DNA of 62,942 nt, counting the filler, from Nemertoderma westbladi (taxonomy: Eukaryota; Animalia; Xenacoelomorpha), in NCBI GenBank assembly GCA_032718475.1. It is 3 parts of 3 records of this genome, joined end to end, with 100 filler letters (N's around TTAATTAATTAA, not from the genome) between each part and the next. Parts side by side here need not be neighbours in the genome. Positions count along the whole stretch, not along the records: positions 20,453 to 45,093 come from JAUCBJ010003415.1; positions 45,194 to 62,942 come from JAUCBJ010003458.1; 1 more part is not named here. One strand, given 5' to 3'. Positions within the stretch are counted from its first letter, which is position 1, and the number at the start of each line of letters is the position of its first letter. The translations under genes were made by a program, and so were the position numbers. Below are positions 36,301 through 46,466 of the stretch, piece by piece. A model generated the notes under the pieces. That model made no database searches, was not told where the DNA came from, and was given only the letters and a program-made list of their open reading frames with translations.

Positions 36301-39300
36301 GGAGAAAGGTAACACCAGTATGTTATACCGACGATGGCGAAAGCCAGGCTTCTCAAGAAGAAGACAGCGGGAAAGACACTGAAAGATCTTATTATGTCAA
36401 TAAAACTCCTAAAGACGTAAGTAAATTCAAGTCTCGAACCAATGACAGGAGAGAACAGGCAAGAAAAACTCCTCCTACGTCTCCTAAGAGAATTCAGGTA
36501 AGAAAGCCCGAAGAAAGAATGAATGTGCACAATGTTACTCAAAATAAGATAAGTAATATCAAACCGAAATGTGCGCTATGTGAAGGGACCCACCGTTTGA
36601 ATGTGTGTGATGAATTCCTAAAGAAATCATTAAAGGATAGACGGGAAGTCATGTCGGATAAGCGGTTGTGTTATAATTGCCTCAGACAAGGACACCAATG
36701 GCGAACCTGTTACTCCGACGCAAGGTGTGCGAAGTGCGGCGCAAAACATCATCTCTTGTTGCACACTGAATTCGAACGAAACAGCCCGAGTCAGGTAAGT
36801 GATTCCGAACTACATGTCCAATTCAGTGATGTGAACGACACAGACCAAAGTTCTGAGATGGAAGGATTCTATACGGATGAATTCTCCGACGAAGATGAAT
36901 CCTGTTACCTGATAAATACCGCAGTGTATCGAGCACTTACGTATGAAAAAGACACAGACAGCGAGCTCCCCCTAACTACTTCTGAAAGACAACCATCTTG
37001 GAAAGCACCAACTTCCAATGTAGGAATCCGAGAATTTCCAGTAGTGCAGTTAAGGGTCCACGGACCTAAAAGGAGTTATATAGTGAACGCCCTCCTTGAC
37101 TCCGGTAGCACAGGAACATTCATCGACAAAGAACTAGCCGAAGACATCTTTGCAGGACAACCCAAGTTCCGAACTAAGTTAAACATGTCAGGAATTATGC
37201 AGGTTTGGAAATCTACAGTAATAGCTGATTATTATGTAGGTGCATTGTCCACCCCCCAGGATGAATTAGGAGAACATAGTATAAAGTCAGTAAAAATGGT
37301 GGCGATAAAGAACTTCGCTACCAGCCAATTAGAACCTTATAACTGGGATGCGGATGATTCCACCCAGCAGCTTAATATACCTGGAGTGCAAATACTCATC
37401 GGCCAAAATGCGCATGAAGCGCTTGAGACATTAGAGAAACGGCCTGCTCAACCGCAACCATTGCAAGTCTATGCGGGAAGAACTAGAGTAGGTTGGTACT
37501 TTACTGGCCCTTCACGGAGAACTCTAATGGAAAGATTACCACAAGAACGGGTATATCAATTAAGTGAATGGGAAGTGGAGAGCAGTGAAGTTGACGACCC
37601 AACTGAGGGAACACCATACTCCTCAGATAATGACGATATCCATCAGCTCTTCGACGAAGAGAATACAATTGATATCCTTACGGAAAACGAGACTTGGCAA
37701 AACCAAGTGAACCTATGTCAAGTCATTCGTCCATCAGGACAAGTCAACTATAACGACGAACTGAATGACGTAACCGAGAGATATAACGCGAAAACTCGAG
37801 ATGAACACGCCGTACGATTCTTTACTCAAGAGGCTGTGGAGAGCCCAATTCCTACGATAAGGCCCTATCGGTAGAAGAAGAAAGAGCCAAGCAGATCCAG
37901 GAGACAACTACACGTTTTCTTAAAGATCAAGGTAGATATGAAATAGGTCTCCCATTCCGAAAGCGAGAACCAAAATTCATAAACAACCGACCCTTGGTGG
38001 AGAAAAGAATTGCTCAACTACATCGACGCCTTATGGTAAATGCTTCAGCTAAAGAAATGTATCAGACTCAGTTGAAGAAATTTATTAATAAGGGATATGC
38101 AGAGCGAGTACCGGAAGGAACACCCTTAACTGAAAGAACGTACTATTTGACACATCATTACGTTCCCAAACCCGGTAAACCTCATGAGGTACGAGTACTA
38201 TTCGACGGCTCCGCCCTCTACATGGGCCAATCCCTTAATTCCGAGTTGTTACCAGGACCCAACTTGCTCCAGTCCTTGTTGGGAATACTCTTAAGATTAC
38301 GACAATATTCAATAGCTTTCGCCTCCGATATAGAAGGCATGTTCTTACAAGTCAAGGCACAGGATAGGGATCGAGACAGCCTACGATTTCTGTGGTGGCC
38401 TGAAGGAGACCTCAACCAGAAACCGGTGGAGTATTGGATGACCATCCAGGCTTTTGGGATCATCTCAAGCCCTTCAAACGCCTGCTCAGTGGTGCGCACC
38501 ACTGCTGATGACAACCGGGACGCCTTCTCCAAAGAGGTGATCGACAACATCAAACGGGATATATACATGGACGACAATTTAAAGTCCCTTCCATCTGTGG
38601 AAGAAGCCATTGATGTCGCCAAAGGAATGGTAGAGTGCTTAAAAAGAGGTGGATTTCGATTAACTAAATTCACCAGCAACTCCCGTGAGTTTCTGGAATC
38701 GATCCCGATAGAAGATCGAGGAGCGAAAGACCTAGACCTAATCAAAGATGATCTTCCACAAACCAAGATGCTTGGTTTGAAATGGGACACAGAGAGAGAT
38801 ATCCTGTTTTTCCAGCTAAAACAGCGAGATAATCCAGTTTGGACTAAACGGATTTGTTTAAGTATCCTGAGCACTTATTTCGATCCATTGGGTTTTATTA
38901 GCCCAGTTATATTGATTGCTCGGAGTTTAGTACAACAAATGTGGCTTGAAAACCACTCATGGGACGATCCACTTAAGGGAGAATTATTAAAGAAGTGGAT
39001 GAAATCCCTACCAGCCATCGAGAACTTTATAATTTCCCGTTCATATTTTGGTCATGTTCTCCCTACGTATTCCTATCAACTCTATGTGTTTGGAGACGCC
39101 AGCGATATGGGAATAGGTATAGTAGCCTACCTGAGAGTTAAAACTCCGGATGGAATCAAAGTCGCCTTGGTTACCTCTAAGGCCTTAATAAACAACAAGT
39201 TGAAAGTTCCTCGAGCGGAGTTAAAAGCGGCTCTATACGCTACAGCCATCGGCCGGAATGTAACAGAACAGATCGACTATCCACTGGAAAAAACGGTCTA

Positions 39301-41416
39301 TTGGACCGATGCTTTACTCGTGTTGGAGTATATAACCAATGAAGTCTGTCAGTTCAGCGTCTTTGTTACCAACAGAGTAGCCATTATACTTAGTCGCACG
39401 AAGATGGATCAATGGAGACATTGCCCCGGAACGATTAATCCAGCAGACATCGCCTCCAGGGGAGCAACTCCACAAGAACTGATAGATACTCCAGACTGGT
39501 TAGGTGGACCCGACTTCCTAAGCAAAGAAGAGGATGAATGGCCTCCTCATCTTACTACGGCAGAAATTAGACAGGCCAAGGGAGCGGAGAAAGTCAAACC
39601 TAAAACTCAGGCGAGTAAATCGAAGTTATTTAAACCCGTAGTAGATCTGTCTGTATTATACACTTCCGGAGGCGACGCTTTGGATCCGAAACCCACAGCC
39701 ACCAATAAATCGGTTGTAGAAATCAGAGAGAAGGATTGGAAATCTGGAATACCAGACGTCTCGCAAGGACTCTCACCTCTCCTGCAGAGAGCGATATATC
39801 ACTACAGTTCCTGGAATCGGCTCTGTAAGGCCGTTACATATTTAAAACGATGTTTTCATCATCATTACTCCAGGGCGAAGACAAATAGTGATACCGCTCC
39901 ACTGCCATCTGTGCAGGTCCATGTTGTTAAAGATCTTCCCAAATATAAGATATCCGACAGGTTTCTGAGAGAGAAGATCAGTTATCAGGAGCATGAAGAA
40001 ACCAACAAGCAGATGCTGAGACTCCTGCAATGCTATGAGGATTCCGATAAGTATTTTCTGTTGTTGAGAAATCCACAGATGCGCTTAAGGGATCGTTTCT
40101 CTAGCACAATGATAGATGGGTTGATAAGTGTTGGAGGAAGATTAACTAATGCTCCATTATCCTTTGACTCCAAGTTTCCCATACTCATTAGAAATCTTGA
40201 AATACAAATCAAGATGATTGTAGATGTTCACAGCAAACTTTATCATGCTGGTAGAGAACGAGTTCTTAGCGAAATTCGAACTCGCTATTATTTTTATAAA
40301 CCCCGTAGAGCTCTGAACCAAGTTCTTAGGAACTGCATACCCTGTAGGAAAGCATTCAGTAGGCCTTTAACACAGCGAGAGGCAGAAATACCTAGGGAAC
40401 GAGTAAGCTTCTATGAACCACCCTTTACTAATACCGGTGTAGATTTATTTGGCCCTATTGAAGTATATCGTGCTAGGACTATAGTCAAGAGATGGTGTGT
40501 CATCTTTGTTTGTATGACTTGTAGAGCTATCCATCTCGATATGGTGAACGATTTATCTACCAACAGCTTCCTATTGAGCTTACGACGACAGATCGCTCGC
40601 TTTGGAACTAGTAACACGATGAGATCTGATAAGGGAACGAACTTCATTGGTGCCAACAATGAAATCAAAGCTTATGTTAAAGATTGGAACCAAAGACAGG
40701 TGGACGATCAGCTAAGGGTAACAGCGTCTAGCTGGACCTTCAGCGCCGCCGACGCCCCTTGGTGGGGAGGAAGTTGGGAGAGATTAATCAGGAGCGTGAA
40801 GACAGCATTTCACTTTATAGTGCCATGCCGCGCGTATCTCACCGACGAACTTTTGCGGACGTTAATGGAGGAAATCGCCGCCTATCTCAACGAGAGACCG
40901 CTTATGCCAGTCTCCTCGAGTCCCGATTCCCTGGAAGCGCTAACACCCGCGCACTTCCTACTGAAGAAACCTGTAGCCATGCTCCCATGATCGGAAATTA
41001 CAGATGGAGACGAATACTGCCAGCAAACTTGGCAACTTATGCAGTTATTATCCCGTCGTTTCGCTGACCATTTCGAAAAACATTATCTGCCCACGCTACA
41101 ACTTCGAACTAAGTGGTTTGCGCCGCAAGAAAACGTCAGCGATGGAGACATGGTCCTTATTGTGTATTCAGATATTCCACGTAAGCGGTGGCAGACACGT
41201 CGTATCATCGAGACTCACATCTCGGATGATGGTTTGGTGCGATCGGTAGAACTCATCGTCATGCGACGTAACTTCAAGAAACCGGGAATTGTCTTCGAGA
41301 CACAGCAGCTCAATCGCCCAGTTGGTCGTTTATGTTTACTGGAAAGAGACAGAGAACTCTCCGGAAACTATGGAAGGCAAGATACCCTTCCCACGACCAC
41401 CTCCCTAATCCAATAA
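33390..41416 (+). mobile_element. BEL/Pao LTR-retrotransposon gag-pol, disrupted by several frameshifts and stops
   Basis: Consecutive ORF pieces: long N-terminal region, KFNGDEMKWLPF..LSNGEKFRFL (DUF1759-like gag), triple knuckle CALCEGTH/CYNCLRQGH/CAKCGAKHHLLLH, protease LLDSGS, RT (LPGPNLL, DIEGMFLQV, YMDD), RNase H (FGDAS, PRAEL, YWTDA, NPADIASRG), integrase (H..H..CIPC, GVDLFGP, SDKGTNF, WGGSWERLI, LTPAHFL) and YLPTLQLRTKW C-terminus (DUF5641-like). Confidence 0.95.
37994..40990 (+). CDS. BEL/Pao pol segment (RT, RNase H, integrase), 998-aa open stretch
   Basis: YMDD, FGDAS, HHCC and D,D,E integrase motifs in BEL/Pao order. Joined to neighbouring ORFs by frameshifts. Confidence 0.9.
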   Translation: MVEKRIAQLHRRLMVNASAKEMYQTQLKKFINKGYAERVPEGTPLTERTYYLTHHYVPKPGKPHEVRVLFDGSALYMGQSLNSELLPGPNLLQSLLGILLRLRQYSIAFASDIEGMFLQVKAQDRDRDSLRFLWWPEGDLNQKPVEYWMTIQAFGIISSPSNACSVVRTTADDNRDAFSKEVIDNIKRDIYMDDNLKSLPSVEEAIDVAKGMVECLKRGGFRLTKFTSNSREFLESIPIEDRGAKDLDLIKDDLPQTKMLGLKWDTERDILFFQLKQRDNPVWTKRICLSILSTYFDPLGFISPVILIARSLVQQMWLENHSWDDPLKGELLKKWMKSLPAIENFIISRSYFGHVLPTYSYQLYVFGDASDMGIGIVAYLRVKTPDGIKVALVTSKALINNKLKVPRAELKAALYATAIGRNVTEQIDYPLEKTVYWTDALLVLEYITNEVCQFSVFVTNRVAIILSRTKMDQWRHCPGTINPADIASRGATPQELIDTPDWLGGPDFLSKEEDEWPPHLTTAEIRQAKGAEKVKPKTQASKSKLFKPVVDLSVLYTSGGDALDPKPTATNKSVVEIREKDWKSGIPDVSQGLSPLLQRAIYHYSSWNRLCKAVTYLKRCFHHHYSRAKTNSDTAPLPSVQVHVVKDLPKYKISDRFLREKISYQEHEETNKQMLRLLQCYEDSDKYFLLLRNPQMRLRDRFSSTMIDGLISVGGRLTNAPLSFDSKFPILIRNLEIQIKMIVDVHSKLYHAGRERVLSEIRTRYYFYKPRRALNQVLRNCIPCRKAFSRPLTQREAEIPRERVSFYEPPFTNTGVDLFGPIEVYRARTIVKRWCVIFVCMTCRAIHLDMVNDLSTNSFLLSLRRQIARFGTSNTMRSDKGTNFIGANNEIKAYVKDWNQRQVDDQLRVTASSWTFSAADAPWWGGSWERLIRSVKTAFHFIVPCRAYLTDELLRTLMEEIAAYLNERPLMPVSSSPDSLEALTPAHFLLKKPVAMLP

Positions 41417-41984
41417 ACATCTAGGGACTCCCCAACTTAACAACGGCTGGAGTGGGTGTGTGACTATATTTTATATTTGTTTTATTATTTTATATTTATG
41501 TAAGTATTATTATGTAATTTTATTATAATCGTTTTCTTTAATTTTATTTAGTACAATGTTATTATAGCGATTATCTAGTAGATTAGTGCAATATATATTC
41601 GCGTTTATTACTTAATTACTTATATATTATATATTTAGTGCGACGGCGAGAAATAATTCTTTTTCTCTTTCCTTACTGTCCGTATTACATTACAAATACG
41701 TAATTACAGTAAGATGAAATCTCCGTACTTATTAAAGTACAATAAAGCTCCTACTATATTCAAGTATTATTGGTAAAGTAGAGTATTAGGAATGCAAAAT
41801 TCAGATCCTCATGTCTCGGCTAAACCAAGCTCTGGGTAGACCTTGGAAACGACTTGCCTCTTCTCACTGACATTGCTTCGTGCGATATTGCTCTCATACC
41901 ATATATTAAATAATACATGTAGTAGCGTGATGTCCCTTTAACAGTAGCATACAACGCAAATAAATCTGTTAAACCCTTTGACCA

Positions 41985-42241
41985 TCTGTAATTCTAGTCG
42001 ATTAAGATATCGCGGCACCCACCGATATACTTGAAAGACAAAATTCTAGAATCAGTGGTTAATGTCCCCAGACATGTTCTGGAATAAATTGGTGCCCATC
42101 TTAAATATTAAGATATTTTTACAAAATCTGTCAAATTTTAGATCCTTTAAAATTCTAGTCTATTAAGATATCGTAGCACTTACCGATATTCTTAAAAGGA
42201 CCAATTTCCTAGAATCAAGGATCCTAGTCCCCAGACATGTT
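41985..42241 (+). repeat. Partial tandem duplication, period ~161 bp
   Basis: AATTCTAGTC.ATTAAGATATCG..GCAC..ACCGATAT..CTAGAATCA..GTCCCCAGACATGTT at ~41990 and ~42151. Confidence 0.8.
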
Positions 42242-43485
42242 GTTCGCGCTTTTGAAGACCTTTAGCAGTTTAACCTGCCAAAATTTATATGTCTTCTAGT
42301 TAATTAAAACCACTTTAGCATACGACAATATTTTATGCTAATACGCAAAACATTAGCCGAAGTCAGCCCATGCGCGATCATTCACCCGATGGATCTACAC
42401 CCGGGAGACTGAATTCGGATGCTTGAATTGTATTATTACAGTGTAAGGTTGCAGTGTATACCTAATGTATTATTCGATAGATCGTTAATAATTAATCTCT
42501 GACAGATATTATTGGCTTTCGGGAAATATTAACAGTTCCTTTAGGACGTGGCGCTTTATCTATTTAAACAGAACTAGGACTTATACTAAACGCAACGATA
42601 CTGCTTATGATTAAAGTATAAAGCGTATTCTTTAGGAAATACTTTGTTACCAATCACAATCATACACACTATTCTGCCGACAGTCAGTATATTTGATCAC
42701 ACATAAAGAGAGCAGTAATTGACTCACGTAGGGTCTGCTAAATAACATTGGATTCAATACACACCACATTAATATAAATCGCAATTGTTATGTATAGCCG
42801 GTCTCTCTAACCTGTAGTGTTATCAAGAAAATTGGGAATTGGGTGATTTATCCGTATTATCCAAATAGCAATATTTCCATCAACAAATAGGTACAATTAA
42901 TGACTGACGGTAAAATAACAGTACAAGCAATATGCTTAATGCAAAAGTATCAAGATTAGTTAATGAGTATGATTTGTTAAGTTAAATTAGTTCGGTAACA
43001 GTTTATACTTTCGATAATTCAAGCAGTTTACTATAGCTCTTACCAAAAGGCCGGTGTTTCTGGCTTAGACAGCAATAACAACAAAGTATCAAGAAAAAAC
43101 AGTAAGACTGAACACTCTCCTTATGATCGACTGAAAAGCTACACGTCGACAGGAAAAACCGCCCTGATTGGCCCAAGCCAAACAAAGAACCACGCGTCCA
43201 ATGGCTGTTTCCATGTCAGCAACCAGCTGTTAGATGTCGTAATATGAATCATCACGGCTAAGCTGTGAAAGGTAGTTGGTGCATTACAAGTTTTTTGCCT
43301 TACCATGTCCGCCAAAACACGTATATAGCAGAATGATTTTTATGTCCGTTAAAACACCTGTAAAGGTACCTTGCGGGCGAGGGGAATATATATACAGTTA
43401 GAAAACCTTTTTAGAGTATTCCAGCGCCTGGGGGGGAACTGGCCAGCAAAGGCAAACGTATCAGTTATCCCACAAAAGCTTTTAC
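42240..43485 (-). repeat. Right arm of the long diverged inverted repeat (partner 29974-31166)
   Basis: TTGTTCGCGCTTT..GACCTTTAGCAGTTTAACCTGCCAAA, CTTTCGGGAAATATTAACAGTTCC.TTAGGACGTGGCGC, CGCCCTGATTGG, TTTTTATGTCCGTTAAA and CAAAAGCTTTTACA are all reverse complements of left-arm blocks. Confidence 0.9.
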
Positions 43486-43564
43486 ACCACTCCCAGAAAA
43501 TGGGATTTAAGTCTATAAAATATACAAAATCACAGTTTCTAAAATATAAAAATACTCTAAACAG

Positions 43565-44281
43565 TTAGTCTTTCTTGCGCGGACGGCGTTTACGCAGCTT
43601 TTTAAAGCTAGCAAGAGTCCTTTTCTCTTTGGGGCGAGCCACTTTACGAGGAGGGCTATAACTCCTGGGTGAAGGGTGCAATATGATTGCATCAGAAGGT
43701 ATGGGATTGCGATCGGTATATCCGCCGGTCGAAGTACCGGGTTGATTGACCTCAACGTCCGGGGAGAGGGGTCTAACGGCTTTGAGAGCTCGCTTCAAGA
43801 CAGCCGCTCTTACGGGTCCTGCACGAGTGGTCTGCACGAGGGCCGTGGGTGGACCATAGGTAGTTAGAAACTTCCTTGGTTTAATGGTTCTTTCCAACTC
43901 GCGTTCGCGGGCTCGGTACTCGTAAGGCCGTCGATATACTTCTTGTAACTCAGGGTGTGAGTTGACGAATAAGTCTCCATAGGCAGGGTCTTGACGGATA
44001 AAGTTTATTAAGTTGTAAGAATGGATGTCACTCGGATTAATGCTCCTGAGGAATTTGCGTACATATTTGGTTGAAATACATTCTCCAACGCGTTTCAATA
44101 GTTCATAACTTGATAGGCGCGATTTCTGCTCGACGGAGGCAAACAAATATGGATGGAACGCATAAACTCCTTCGTAGGCGCGTCCAGGATAATAGCGATG
44201 GCGCGAATCACGATGTAAATCAGTGTTCGCTTCCCAAGCTCTAATGTAACGTAGTGTGATCATTTCATCTACGCTTTCCAA
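43565..44281 (-). CDS. Hypothetical intronless protein (~232-238 aa), Arg/Tyr-rich with very basic C-terminus
   Basis: 238-codon non-repetitive ORF in otherwise AT-rich DNA, ending RTLASFKKLRKRRPRKKD. No family recognised. Confidence 0.55.
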   Translation of the reverse strand: MESVDEMITLRYIRAWEANTDLHRDSRHRYYPGRAYEGVYAFHPYLFASVEQKSRLSSYELLKRVGECISTKYVRKFLRSINPSDIHSYNLINFIRQDPAYGDLFVNSHPELQEVYRRPYEYRARERELERTIKPRKFLTTYGPPTALVQTTRAGPVRAAVLKRALKAVRPLSPDVEVNQPGTSTGGYTDRNPIPSDAIILHPSPRSYSPPRKVARPKEKRTLASFKKLRKRRPRKKD

Positions 44282-44288
44282 ATCGCGA

Positions 44289-45014
44289 TTAAAAAGGGCA
44301 ATCGAAACTGGCGTGTCCCTTTAGTTGACAGTGGTGACATTGAGTCATAAATTGAGGGCAAACCGCAAAAATATGCAAATTATTAAATCTGCAATACGCG
44401 CAATAAATTTCCATCGCCGGTTGTTCGTGGAAATAGGAACAGCGGACGTTTGTGTCCATGGGCGTAACATGGTCTCTCGATGCGCATAACCGACAACGTT
44501 GCCGAGAAACATAGTTGGCATGGCGATAATCGTACGCAGTGAGACACTGTGGACCTTGATACCATTCTAGGATGTAATCGTTGTCGTTGTTCCGAGCGCG
44601 ATAGGCTGAATCTCTTCAGATTCCAGACATATTGGTTCGTCTTCCCAGTCTGTTACGAATAGAATTTTCGTGATCTATTCTCGGTTTATCGTTACGACGC
44701 CGCTGGGTATGATATTTAAATAGAACCATTTCCCTTTCGGTGTCTACATCGTCCGTATCATGTAAATCGATAGGATGGCCGGTAGTTAAGAAGTCCATAT
44801 ACGTACCATTACGATGCGTATAGCGAGCGGTTAATTTTCGATAGTCCAATTCACACGTAAGTTGCTCTTGGGACATCGGCGGTTCGATATAACGACCATC
44901 GTCCTCCGTAATAGTCGGATTGGCTTCACCGCGTATCAAGCTATCCACAAACGCTTGTAAAGGTAGAGTATATCGCTCTCTAATACCAAGGTCATCTTCT
45001 ATCAATTCCGTCAT
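44289..45014 (-). pseudogene. Triple CCHC zinc-knuckle protein interrupted by one TGA
   Basis: ORF 44616-45014(-) continues in frame after the TGA at 44616-44618: RDSAYRARNNDNDYILEWYQGPQCLTAYDYRHANYVSRQR-CRLCASRDHVTPMDTNVRC-SYFHEQPAMEIY-CAYCRFNNLHIFAVC-PQFMTQ-CHHCQLKGHASFDC-PF*, with the stop at 44289-44291. Confidence 0.7.
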
Positions 45015-45093
45015 ATCTGCTATCTGAGTTTGTTAATATTAGTATGAGTCAATATTTAGGCAAGCGGGCGTCGCTGCCTACTAGTCTTTGACC

Positions 45094-45193
45094 NNNNNNN
45101 NNNNNNNNNNNNNNNNNNNNNNNNNNNNNNNNNNNNNTTAATTAATTAANNNNNNNNNNNNNNNNNNNNNNNNNNNNNNNNNNNNNNNNNNNN
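45094..45193. other. Artificial contig linker N44-TTAATTAATTAA-N44
   Basis: Identical in structure to 20353-20452. Confidence 0.97.
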
Positions 45194-46466
45194 AGTTTTA
45201 GAGATAATTACTTCCCGGATTTTTTACCTACTGTATTTATTAAGATTCCACTTGGGCAGTTACTGCCTGCCTACACACAAATCTTAAGGAAAATTGAAAA
45301 TAAAGTAATGCAGCCTAATATAGCTTTAGATATAATTGACCTCCCTACTCCTTTCGAACACTTGTTAACCCTTTCCACCCTGAACGTGATTATATTTATA
45401 CTAAGGTGTTTATCGTTATCTTACAACCTGGTGATATTTACCGGTAATAATTTGAAATTTTAATAAGTCAATAAAATAATAATAATAATAATAACTCATT
45501 AGTTCTGTTTATTGTTTTAGTCCTACAGTATATATAAATAAGTAAATAAATACTAACCTTACTTACTGTATAATATGAATGGAGGAGTAAATATCCTTTA
45601 TCATGCCTGATCATATTGTGTTTCTCACTAAAGTACTTGCTGCTATGTACTGTAATTAGTCAATTACTAGGTAACATTGCTCCTACGACAGCAGACTAAC
45701 AGAACAGGGATAAAACTAATAAACTGACGAAACTGTATTTCATACTATACAACAACAGTCGTCAATAAAAGTATAGTTAGTTTATTGTATTGCCTCCTTA
45801 ATTTACCCAACATGTTTTTAATGCATTGTTGGAGATAGGGGTTGGTTTGGGCATTGGGAAAATCGCAGCTGTGTGACAGCTGCTACATTTTATTGAAGTA
45901 TTGATAGTATGAATTGGTAGGGGCGTACAAAGATATCCATCACTATCAGAATATAATAAATTTATTGGGAATAATTTCAGTTAAAGTAATTCAGTGTATA
46001 CCTGTATACTTGCTTTTAAATAATGTACCGTACTGTTTATTTTATTTTTGGTTTCATTATTCGATGTAGATTAGGTCCGGTGTCCGGTACAGTACTAACA
46101 CTGAACACTAGGCCTACTGCACTATGATTCGATGCAGTATGCAGTATGCCATGGCTGCACTGTACGCTGTAACACGCAGACAAGGTAGGTCTACTTCTGT
46201 ATCTGTACCGGTACTTGTTGCTCTTTCTGCCTGGCTAACCCCAACGGCAACGGCAGTACAAGCTGCGGCTGCAGGGCTGGCTGGACCGTTTATTTATAAT
46301 TTGCTGCATTGGTTTACAGAATGCTGGACTGGTAGGATTAACAATCCGACAAAATTATACTGATTACAGGATTAGGCCTACTGATATAACAGTATAACAT
46401 TATAACATCCAAACTACCGGTAATGGGTAATGTCTGGATTTCATAATAGTTAATTGTTAATTAAGC

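Noticed and set aside
38218-38874. 218-aa antisense ORF within BEL/Pao RT
   Set aside because: A shadow of the pol frame with no independent features.
44383-44565. 60-aa minus-strand ORF from the track
   Set aside because: Wrong frame. The overlapping frame continuing 44616-45014 carries the zinc knuckles.
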